From NCBI GenBank assembly GCA_008632985.1, contig QPGO01000034.1, positions 201,311 through 265,310 of the forward strand: a stretch of DNA of 64,000 nucleotides. Direction: 5' to 3'. The position numbers were made by a program, and so were the translations under genes. This DNA comes from Psammoneis japonica (Eukaryota). Under the pieces are notes generated by a model. The model searched no databases, was not told the origin of the DNA, and saw only the letters and a list, made by a program, of their open reading frames with translations. Position 1 is the first letter of the stretch, and every line of letters starts with the position of its first letter. Shown piece after piece: positions 1-10,804 of the stretch.

Positions 1-1580
1 TCTTCCGTCCGTCTTCATTTCATTTTTGAAGTTCATCGGCATGTGCGTATGGTCCAAAGAGAAAGGTTTATGGGGAAAACGAATTAACGAGTTTTGGGTA
101 CCTATGGTACGGAATACGGAAAGGTAATCTTTGTATTTGATAAACGGCTGGGTTTTGTGTATTGTACCTTGTGGATTCGAGACTATGACGAAAGAGTATC
201 TTCTTGAACAATTTCTTTTCAAAAACCCATGAAAGCCAAATTTATATGCTTAAATTTCTGAGTCTCAAAGGTTGAGAGCATCCGAACGCCATGCTGAGTG
301 TTTGCCATCTCGCGGACAGTACTCCTCGATGGCAGTATTTCTGAATTGATGGGTGCTAGATGAAAACTGCTATTAGAAAGGCAGTTGGAGGAGTTTTTCG
401 TTAGCAACGAGCGTGAATCTCACCGCCCGATTGCTAGTAGGCTCCACCAAACGATGTCGTGTGTGTTTGACGCTCTTCCTCCAGTAACCTGATCCCGCTA
501 ACCTTGGTTGTGTGTGACGTGTAGGTGACGTTGAAGCGAAGATGGTCCGGCCAGTCGGTCAAAGCCTGTACTGGATGTAGAACGAAACTGCTTAGGGAAT
601 CTACAACGCCCGAACCAGCAACACTATTGCTTTTGAATTCATTACTCGAACTGTAAGGTATTTCTCTTGCCTGTTTTGTCATCGTCGTTGGAAGACTTTT
701 GCATCCTTTTTCGGCTCTGTATAAATGAGACATATGGAGACCTTCATGCGGATGCAATATGAATGTCATACTTTGACAAGGGAGGGGTTTCATTAGCAAT
801 TGTGCCACTTTTGCTTTTGCGGAAAATGTGTTTGCGTCGATTGCTTCACGGGCAGCCGCTATGCACAGTCTTTGTGTGTGCTGCTTGTTTGCTTTGGTGG
901 CAAGCCCCAACGGCCAATTGTCAGTCCTCCGCCCTAAATCTTTCTTTCTCGGTGCTCATCAATGTCAGGGATATACAAACTGATGGAAAGTCTTTCTCGA
1001 CAGTTCGAAAAGCAGGTCTCGGGATTATTGACGACACACCTCTGTCCCACTTTTTGATGCGCTGCCGCGATGGTGCTGCTCAAGTCGTAGCCAAACGCAC
1101 ATTGGACTCTCTCCAATTGGCGAAAGCGAATTTGCAGCAGTCCGACGATGCAAAGTTGTGTTGGACTTGATCGGCCGCTTTTGGAGCGACCCGAGTGAGA
1201 TTCCTAGAAACGGCACTTGGGATGGCTCGCCTACAAGATATTGAAACGATTGCTGAAGCCATTGACTCAAATGGCTAGTCTGAAACGTAAAAAATTAGGA
1301 TCAGAGATGCGCGTAGAGTTGGCAGGAATCTATGCCTAAGCCAGGGATGGGAGAACGAAGTTTCAAATTTTACGTTCATCATACGAAACGAAATCAGTAG
1401 GATAGTTCAGTAGATAGGATATTTCAAATTATCTCGTAAGTCTTCCAAAATGTGAGGTTCTGCCATTAGATTATTCAATCGACGATGAGGCTGGTTTCTC
1501 TTTTCATCCTTTTTTCTAATGAAACTGGAGGTTCAATCACAAATAACATGTTTCACGATCTTCTCGCTCGGAGTGTCTTT

Positions 1581-2377
1581 TTAATACACAACCGGACTAA
1601 TGGGCGCTGCTCTTTCGAAGAAAGGAGAATTAATATATGCTTCCCATAGCACAAGAAGAAAGATACCTATCCATGCGCCTGCCTCCAAAACCTAAAGTTG
1701 GGTAGGCGGCTCAGAAGTGAGGGTCGAACGAATGATATCTGACAACATCTAATTCCGCCCACGTTAGACAATCAACAAACCTTGACGGGATCGAGATTTC
1801 CATCCTTAACAAGCTCTCCTACAAATGGGAAGGGTGGTAAAGACGACAAAATATCACTCTGCTCCTCTTCTTTCTCGGCGATTGCAGCAGCCCTCCTCGC
1901 TTCCTGTCGAGCTCTCTTTTTGCCCATTTTCGGGGTTCCCAAGTCAGATGGCGCATCGCGGAAGTCCCCTAAATTTGGTAGCTCCATTTCCGGTTCATCA
2001 AATTTCATCTTTGATTCTAGTGAACGGTCTGAAATCAGTTCATCCACTGTAACCTGTCCAATCGGCTTGACTGGAGTCGACCTCTCGAGAGGAGCGCTGC
2101 TCTTAAGTGTCGGTTCCTCAATCCCGTCATCAAAGTCGAAGTCAGGGAGCTCATCTGAAGAGGACATGATACTGTCTTCGTCTGCGGATGGTGACGGAGT
2201 CTGCTTCCTGCGGCGGCGTTTCTTCGCCATGTTCATGATCGTGCATGGATCAGCCGCACGTGGTGTCTCGATAAGCCGCGCCCTCTGTTTCAACAGCAAC
2301 TGCGACGAGAAACCATCGCACCTAGCAATGAGACGAAGAAGCAGGACTGCCACCAGAGCACAGGATTTACGCATCAT
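1581..2377 (-). CDS. Hypothetical protein, probably plastid-targeted, with a C-terminal membrane segment (2 exons)
   Basis: ORF MMRKSCALVAVLLL..CDG-F resembles a signal peptide plus ASAFAP-like Phe. GT-AG intron 1780..1692 joins in frame to VLEAGAWIGIFLLVLWEAYINSPFFERAAPISPVVY* ending at 1581. Confidence 0.75.
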
Positions 2378-2925
2378 GTTATTATCTAACATTTTGATGT
2401 TGAAATAAGTGCGTTGTCCAGTTGGCGGCGCTCTCTGCTTCGCTCCAGCTTCAACACTCCTCGCTCGGAAGGCCTATGATGATTCCCGCGCGCTTTTTTG
2501 ATTTTTGCGGTTGAATGACATAGCGCCGCGGGCTGTGACAACCGACGACGCGCGCGCGAGGGTGCGAGAAATGCATGATGTGGAGACTCTACCGGTGCCG
2601 GTGCGACTCCTCGTGTGCGTGTGCCTGCTGCTGCCTGCGTTGGGGCCCAAAAAGATTGGCAGGCATGTGGTTGGAAAGGGCAAGACCAACATTGAGGCTG
2701 AGAAGCTGGGTGCCCCCCATGATTGGGGAGTTGAGGTGAAATGGGAGGAACCAAAGCAGTCAGGAGAGAGAGCTGTTTCCAGGTGACGGCGGCTTTGGGC
2801 AAGGAGGTCAGCCGAGAGTGAAGACACTCTGCCGCTCAGAAAAGATGAAAGTGCGCAGGGGTGGGAAAAGTCAGAAGGATCAGTCCAGGGAGACTTGGGA
2901 GGAGGGGCTGGGCAAGAAGCAGAAA

Positions 2926-2957
2926 TGTTGTTGTTGTTGTTGTTGCTGCTGCTGCTG
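2926..2957. repeat. (TGT)n(TGC)n microsatellite
   Basis: Direct reading of the sequence. Confidence 0.9.
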
Positions 2958-3004
2958 GGAGGGGGGGCAAACCAGCGTGTGTGTGCAGAGGGCAGGAAGA
3001 TGGC

Positions 3005-3230
3005 TGGGTGGAAGAAAACAACAACTCCTCACTGCTGTCTAAACAGCAGATGAGTCTCCATGCAGAGACCATTGCAGGAGCCAAAAGACTGGTGTCACGA
3101 TGTCAGTGCAACTGTTGTTGTTCTTGTGAGCCGAGTGGTGGCTCGAAAGCAAGCTGAGCTGAGCGGCACACGGAACTGAGGGCACACACAATTGTGTGTG
3201 ATGAACCAAAATCTTGTTCAAATCCTGTCA
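3005..3230 (-). repeat. 3' LTR of the Copia element
   Basis: Aligns by eye along its length with 10580-10804; TGACAGGATTT...CCACCCA on minus strand. Confidence 0.88.
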
Positions 3231-4503
3231 CTCTGCTCTAGTTTGCTTGAAAAGTCCACAGCAACAGATTCAAGGTCAGATTGGTTGAAAGCCTTGGGAT
3301 TGAAGTTCCAAAACATCAGAGGACGGAGGAGAGGTTCCAGACCTGGGAGCAGCCCCAGTGCTTGCTGAGAGTGTCAGCCGGGTTGCGGGAACCTTCGATG
3401 AAATGAAACTCAAGGAAACCAGAGGCAATCACCTCACACATGCAATGGAACAAGAGGGTGGTGTGTTGCTTGTGTAACTTGGAGTGCAGGACAGTGGCAC
3501 TGTCCACAACTGACTTGTTGTTCCCGAACATGTGACACATGTCACGCATGGGGATGCCAAGGCAACGCAAAGTGATGCGCAGATCAACGATTCTGTTCAA
3601 CAACTGTTGCTTGTTTCTTGGAGAACCAATCAACTGGAAACTTGTTGAGGAAAGAGTGTCCAGTGAGCATGTGACAGAGAACAAGTTTGCATCAAGAACA
3701 CAGTGGGTCATGGTGATGAACTTGCCAAGTGGCTTGGGCGCATCATGGGGAAGGAGCTCTTCTGCCTTGCCACACATGGATTGAGCCCAGTCACACACGG
3801 GCTTGGGGAGGTCCGAACAGCTGGGTTCCTCCGTGCACACTCAGAGGGCACCATGTTGCATCTTGGACAAGAATCTGAGGACATGTTTGGCGTGATCCAG
3901 ATGACCTTGACGGGGTGCTGCACAGAAGCCACACAGGGACATGGCGGCTGCAGTGATGTCAATGCAACCAAGCAACACAGCCCATTGCAGAGAACAAACC
4001 AAGGACTGGAGTTGATGGATGCCATTGGGTTCAAGCAATTTGGAGGTGTCAAGCTCAGGGTGGTCTCCCTTCTTGAGAGGGGAAAGCACGTCAGTGCGAG
4101 GCTTCTCCCCAAAGAGACAAGAGACGTGCACACAGTTGTCAACCATGCACTCAATGCACTTGTGTGGAGCAAGGCACAGGGTGCCATTGGAATCACGGGT
4201 GATGTTGCAGCCAAGGTGGAACTCCAATGGTCTGGTGCCCTTCAGCTTCAACCTGCATTTCTCTGTGAGAGTGTCTGCAAAAGCTTGGGGGTTCTTCATG
4301 GCAAAGGCTGGGTCATCCACATGCTCTGCCATGTGTTTGCAGTGGTCACCATTCTGGCACAACCAGATGTCAAATCAGCACGGCATGGCGAGATGCCTTT
4401 GGCACACAAGCAATTGGCAAAGGGTTCATGCCACCTGAGACTGGAGCTGCAGAGTCCACACAAGGCCTTGTGGATGACAAGGATGTGTCCTTCCAGCTCA
4501 CCA

Positions 4504-4957
4504 AACAATGGCAATCTTTTGTGCCATGTGGTCATGTGAAAAAATGCGCAGAAATTGTGCAGACCTGCACCCAAGAGAAATGTCAACATGTCTGTCTGTC
4601 TGCCCTCAGTGAATTTTAATTCTGCGAAAAATGGACTTTGCTGCCAACTGATCAGGCACATTTTAGAACAACACATTTGCAGAAATGCGCCTGATCAGTT
4701 AGCAGCAAAGTCCATTTTTGCACAAGTTTTGAGAAGACGACAGTTTTGGTGCAAAAATGTGTAGATTCAACTGATCAGGCGCATTTTGGAACAACACATT
4801 TGCAGAAATGCACCTGATCAGTTAGCAGCAAAGTCTGTTTTTGCACAAGTTTTGAGCAGACAACATCTTTGGTGCAAAAATGTGTGGATTCTGCAAACGT
4901 CCTCAAGCAATTTGTTGGTTTTGTGTTGCGGGTCATTTTTGAAAGATTCTCATTGTT
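4504..4957. mobile_element. MITE-like insertion in the Copia RT
   Basis: Splits the RT motif AGP|FGELEG. Imperfect terminal inverted repeats AACAATGGCAATCTTT / AAAGATTCTCATTGTT; internal ~124-bp tandem duplication. Confidence 0.7.
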
Positions 4958-7296
4958 GGGGCCAGCCATGATGCACAGCCAGTTTCTCCTTGGCAGCAGC
5001 TTTGAGACAGGCATTGCCAATGTTGGTTGCCCAAGTCTCCAGTTCACTGAGTTTGGCCAGGAAGATCATCAGCTGAAGGCCACAGAGAGACACTGCTCTG
5101 GAGCAGACACTGTTGACGGGCACATCTGTGAGGTGTCCATCGGCAACAAGTCACCCTTTGTGCCATCCGTTGTGTTTGATGTCGCAGACAAGATGCACTC
5201 TCCAATCATCTTGTGTCCTGCTGGGGTGCTGGAGTCCTTGTGGTGTCCGCAATCATGGAAGACCTTGCACTCACAAAGCTGAGTCATCTCAAGGTGGGTT
5301 GCATCTCCCCACTTCTTGTGGTTGCCATTGCACTCGTCAAGTGCCAAGGCATGCTTGCAGTCCCAGGGCACTTCACATCTGTGCTTGTGTTGTGGTGCAG
5401 CACAAAAAAAGCGTGGCTTGCCTTGGTTGGCCATGCGGAACAGCTTCTTCAGGCACAGGGCCACAGCTCAGAAGCATTTCCACCCTTTGGTCTCAAGCAA
5501 ACCATGCTCGAATGAGCAGATGGCACAGGTGATGGGAATGTCCTTGGCAGTGGTGGCAAGGGGTTCAGATGTGATCTCCCCATTCTCCCATTCAAGCATG
5601 ACATCGCAGCTTGAGCCTTTCCAAGAGGGGTCGTGGGGTCTCAACAGTCCTTCATGAAAAAAAGAATGCATCAGAACTTCCAGAGAGCAGAGTCCTTGTC
5701 TTCTTGCTCCATGTGGTGCATGATGTCATTGGCAGAAAGGATTTCCTCACATTCGTCATTGTCAACAGAGCAAATGAATTTGACCAGTTCCAGGTTGTCA
5801 CCAATTTCCCAGCAGCCATGGTCTTCAACTGCCTTGTCAATGCGGGCTCTGCAATGCCATCCATCCTCTTGTGGCTTCATGAGGAAGGTGCGTCCAATGA
5901 TGTCTTTGGGGTCAAAGTCTGGCATGTTGGGCATCCTGGTTGCCTCCCCATCTGGTGAGTCTGGTGAATCCTTGGAGTCGTGTCAGGATTTGATGACAGG
6001 TTCAGCAGATTTTTCATCAGGAGGGTCAAGATGCAAGTTGGAAGCAGACAGGTCACAGGCGGAGTGCATGCATGATTGGCAGAGGATCTTCTGGGTGTTG
6101 TCAGAAAGAATTTTGAACATCATGTGATGACCCATGTGTTTGGCAATGCCAACGAAGCAACCACGCAACTCGTGAGATTCAGATGACCAGCCGGAATCAT
6201 CCAGGTGGCAGCACATGGTTTCCACCGTTGAAAGCAGAGGAGGAGAGGGCTGATGTCGGGGGTGGATCTAGACAGCATTTTGGTGGGATTGCGCCAGCAA
6301 AGCTTGGCAGATGCCGTGTGGTTGAGCACAAACCACCACACGCACAAAAGGGCAAGAAGCCAGGTGCAGGCTGGGGATCCAAAGTGGTCTATGATGGTGT
6401 TGGCCATGTTCTTCACAGTTTGGCAGTGGCAGCAAGCAAAATTCTGGTGCTGTTGGTGGAGCTCGCTTTGCCAACTAGAGATGAAAAGGGCACAAAGGAT
6501 GCCAAGAACCTTGTTGCTGATCTAAATCTGGTGAGCACGATCGCTGATGAGCTTGGATGGAGCACCACGGTTGCGAGTGTTGTCTTTGAGCGTTTTGACG
6601 AATTCCTTGTCAGTCTTGGTGCCACACACATCCATGATGAGGGATTCTGTGCCAATCAAGAGCTGTGTGCTGACACATCTGGAGTCAATGGCAGGGATGT
6701 CAGAGCAGACTGTGTCAGCGGCAACGGGTTCATTGTGTTGGACATTGAGGGCTGGGTTGGGTGACTTGCATGCCTTTTTCAGGTGTGTGCTGGCAAGCAT
6801 GCAGGTGCACTGCGTCATGCAGTCAAAAGTGTGGTGAATGGTGTCCTTTGGGAGGAAGCCAAAACAAGGGTGGAGGGTCTCACAGTCGGGATCCTTGGGG
6901 TTGATCTTGCACTCTTGGCATTTGTGGAAGAAATCAGACATCAGAAAATTGCATTGTTGATGACATGTTGGCGACAATGGTTGCCAAACTCATCAAAGAG
7001 GTTGGCAGTTGGGTCATCTTGGAGGTCGGACACTGCATCACACCATGTCTTGTCTTTGGTGAACTGGCAGTTGAGGACAGATGGGCCCCATGTGTCATTG
7101 CCAGTGAGGACAACATGAGGCAGAGTGTCCCATTTGGCATTGGTGTGTGCGGGTGCATGGCAACATGCAGCAGGCCACCTTTGATGTTGATGGGGATGGC
7201 ACATCCATCAATGGTGGTGATGCACTGCAGGCCATTGGGAACCTTGATCAACCAATCATTGACATCATGTTTGCACCACTCGAGTTGGCCACAAGA

Positions 7297-8220
7297 AAAG
7301 AAGCTCAAAATCTGTTTTGCCGCTGCCTTGCTGCCGCCCACACCAACACCAACCATGGTGGACCCGTGCTCCCCAGTGCCCGTAAAGAGTGGCAGGGACA
7401 ATTTGACAGCCATTTGATTCATTGTCAAAGAACAATGCCTGTTGGATGTCACAGTTCAAAGTCGAAATGGCAACTGACCGGATGCTTGTCACATGGCAAA
7501 CACAGTTGCTGTGCCTCAAAGAATGGACAAGCCCAGCCACACACCACATGGGAGACACCAAAAATGAACACTGCAGAAACCAAACATGTGTCCATCTCCA
7601 AAGACAACATGCTTGAAGAGAATGTGAGAGAAATTCCTGGGATGAAAACATCCAAGAAAGACCAACATGGACCCCAACAAAGGAAAGGAAAAAATGATGA
7701 TTGGGATCATCGGGTGAAAATTCTGTCATGCATGATGGAATTGCACAGAAATTGTGCACTGAAGCTGCAACATCAAAGTGCAAGAGAAGCAAACACCATG
7801 ACTTGGAAATGCTGTCCACTTGGAAGACTTGTGAAGACCCACTTTGGGACACCACAGAAAATCCATCACAAACAACTGCAGTGCATTGGAAGAAAACTCA
7901 GAGGAAGCACATTGCTGAGAAACAAGAGGACAAACCTGACATGGTCATTGACTTGAAATTCTGGCTGAGCGCATGGAAATGCACATGAAATTTGTGCAGA
8001 AGGAACTGACTTGGAAATTGCTGAGTTGCGCAGAATTTTGTGTAGAAAAGACACTGAAATTGGAAGAAAATGCAAAGAGATGCAACACCATGGTGGTGCC
8101 GCACCTCCTGAATGCTGGCACAACAGAGTGTCCCTTCCAACACCTTTGGTTTTTCTGTCATTGGCGCAACTGCCTGGTGTCCCAAAGTGGACAACCCCAT
8201 GGGTGCTTGTGCAGAATTGT
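7297..8220. mobile_element. Unclassified ~0.92-kb insertion in Copia pol with 15-bp target-site duplication
   Basis: GAGTTGGCCACAAGA occurs at 7282-7296 and 8221-8235; removing the insert plus one copy restores ..HSCGQLEW.. of pol. Confidence 0.7.
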
Positions 8221-10579
8221 GAGTTGGCCACAAGAGTGTGTGGTCTTGCCCTTTCCAGTGCAGGCACGCTGGTGTGAAGAATGGCAATGATGGGTCCACG
8301 TTGTGTGTGTGTCACACCACTGGCAGCAACAATGGGGGTGTTGACAAGCTGGTGGTCATCAACACCCTGCACATCAACCTGGTGATCAGCGTGGGCCATG
8401 ACACAAACATCATCACCAGCAACACCACCCTTTGTGCCACAATCCATGAGAGCACCCTTGCAAGTTGAGTTGTGTGTCAAGGCAGAGCAGACAACATTGT
8501 GGTTGTTGACACAATGGCAAGTGTGACCATCAATCTCAATGTCAGTGGCAGCATCACAGAAGGATGTTGATCCAGAGGAGGTTTCTTGCCAGAGTGGGCC
8601 AAGGGTGGCTTGTCAAGTGCAAGGAGATGTTGCAAGTCACCAGGTGGCAGAGGCTTGTGCCTGGTGAGGTGCGCCAGGATGGGGTCAGCATCAGCTGCAT
8701 CAGATGCAGTGTTGGGTGGTTTGGGGACCGGCGCAAGATCGCGAGCATTGGCAGACAAGTTGACACCACCATCACTGCCCAGACAGAGGTTGTGCAGGTT
8801 GACTGCTGTTGAGTCATGGCAGTTGCCGGTGTGGGCAGTGCACAAGCCAAGAATGATGTTCTTGGTGGACTGAGGCAGATCTGGTGGGATGCAATGCCAT
8901 TGTTCCCTGGTGAGGGAGGAGGTGCCATGAGTCTGTGCAGCATGAGCTTGGATGGCATCAATGTCACTGTTGATGTCAAAGAATGCATCATCATCAGGGT
9001 CATTGGGGGCCAGGTCATGGGTGCAAATGGCATGGCGTGTGTGTGTGGGGTGCATGAGGCCATTTTCTTGGGGGTGAACATGCTGTTGCGCTGTGCCGCC
9101 ACGGAAAGCAGGAGCCCACAACGTTGCTTGTATGAAAGGCTTGCACCATTCTGTGTGCGACACTGGCTGGCTTGGTTCTTTGCCAAATGGAGTTCTTTGA
9201 TGGGGTGAATGGCATTCTCAAGCATGATGCATTTCTGGCTGGCAGAAAAGTGGTCCGCAGTTGGGATCAGAGCTTCATGCAGAGTTGGCTCTGCCAGTGA
9301 AGTGTGAAGGCATGGGTGGAGCCTTTCCAGGTGCTGTCACCAAGGCAAGCAGTGGCAAGGCAGTGAGGCACATGAGAAGGGTTGATGACTCAAGGGATGC
9401 ACAAGTGGATGCAAAGGTGCACTTGGACAGTTTGTGGCACACTGCTTGAGCATCAGAGGGGCCAACATGTTCACAAATGAGTGCCTTGCCTTTGTCATTT
9501 TGCAAGATGCATTTGAACATGGCAAACATGTGCTTCAGTTGTTTGGCAAACAGGGCCTTGTGCTCAGCTGTGGAGGGCTTGTTGTGTGTTGGATCAAGGA
9601 TGCGGTCAATGTCCTGAGAGCAGGGCCTGTGTGACAATGGAGGTGTGCCATGTGTGCCACGTTTGCCATTGTTTCTGGGACTTGAGAGTTGCGAAGGTGA
9701 GTGGATCACATTTGATGCCTCGTTTGAAGTCATGCCTGGGGTCACGTGATTTTGGGGGCAATGAGCCAGGTGCAGGAGAGCAGATGGTGCTGCACCCATG
9801 GAGACAGATGCTGTGTGCTTGGGACTGTGATGACAGTCAGCAAATTCTTCATGTGTGAACAAGGCGGTGTTGTTGCTGATGTCCATGCCTCTGCATGCAT
9901 TTGCCATGTGCAAACTAATTAGAGCAGCTGTCTGTGCTTTGTGTCCACGTGGCAAGGGCGTTTGATTGGTGCTGTCATTGTGAACCAGGGCATCAAGTTG
10001 CATCAGAGCAAACGTGAAGAGATCCTGGCATGAGTCTGTCCTGTCAATGCTGAGGGCACAGCACAATGGACTGTCCACAGCTTGGTTCAGAACAGTGCCT
10101 AAAATGTGCTCAAAGTCATTGGTTTGTTGCTGTCTGGTGAAGACCATGGTGCAACTGAGCAGGGTGTCGCAACTTGAGTTGGAGGATGGGCTCAAGTTAA
10201 CTTGAAGCTTGACTTAAAACTTGACTTGAAGTCTTGAACTGTCTTGCAAATCAGAAGCCACCAGGCTGTGACATCCTGTTTGTAGCTAAATGCCAAGCTT
10301 CCTGTCCAGCCCACAGAGTTGTGCCGGCACACCCAAACCCACAGCTGGCAGGAATTCCTGAGTGAACAAGTGTCCATTGAATGGATGTGTTTGGTGATGA
10401 AAGTCCTTGAACAGATCAACATGTGTCAATTGAATCCAACATCTGGCAGTGAGAAAGGTGGGGGCATGCACTTCCACCTCCAACAATGTGCATCGTTGAA
10501 AAATTTCTTGATGACAATGATGAATGCTCAATGGATGGAAATGAGCAAGACTGTTGATCTGACAAAAAATGAAGATGAC

Positions 10580-10804
10580 TGGGTGGAAGAAAACAATGAC
10601 TCCTTGCTGCTGTCTAAATGGCAGATGAGTCTCCATGCAGAGACCATTGCAGGAGCCGAAAGACTGGTGTCATGACATTGGTGCTGCTGTCATTGTTTTT
10701 GTGAGCTGAGTGGCTCAAAAGCAAGCTGCATTGCATGTTGCATGCAGAACAAACAACACACACAATTGTGTGTGACAAACCAAAATCATGTTCAAATCCT
10801 GTCA
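10580..10804 (-). repeat. 5' LTR of the Copia element
   Basis: Aligns with 3005-3230. Confidence 0.88.

Larger units (their letters stand above)
3005..10804 (-). mobile_element. Decayed Ty1/Copia LTR retrotransposon (CoDi-like), interrupted by two insertions
   Basis: Paired ~225-bp LTRs (TG..CA on minus). Relics in Copia order: gag (MVFTRQ.., ~10147), protease (ALMDCGTKGGVAGDD ~8450), integrase (NEPVAADTVCSD ~6720), RT (KALCGL ~4465, HVDD ~4320), RNase H (NPADTLSKHWGC ~3370). Many stops and frameshifts. Confidence 0.92.

Noticed and set aside
219..1290. Short ORFs at the window start
   Set aside because: No recognisable domain or consistent exon structure; may be a fragmentary gene but cannot be supported.
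3316..10195. Alternative genetic code or recoding as the explanation for Tyr->Cys/His
   Set aside because: Neighbouring genes use TAY for conserved Tyr normally, and the change also affects non-coding DNA.
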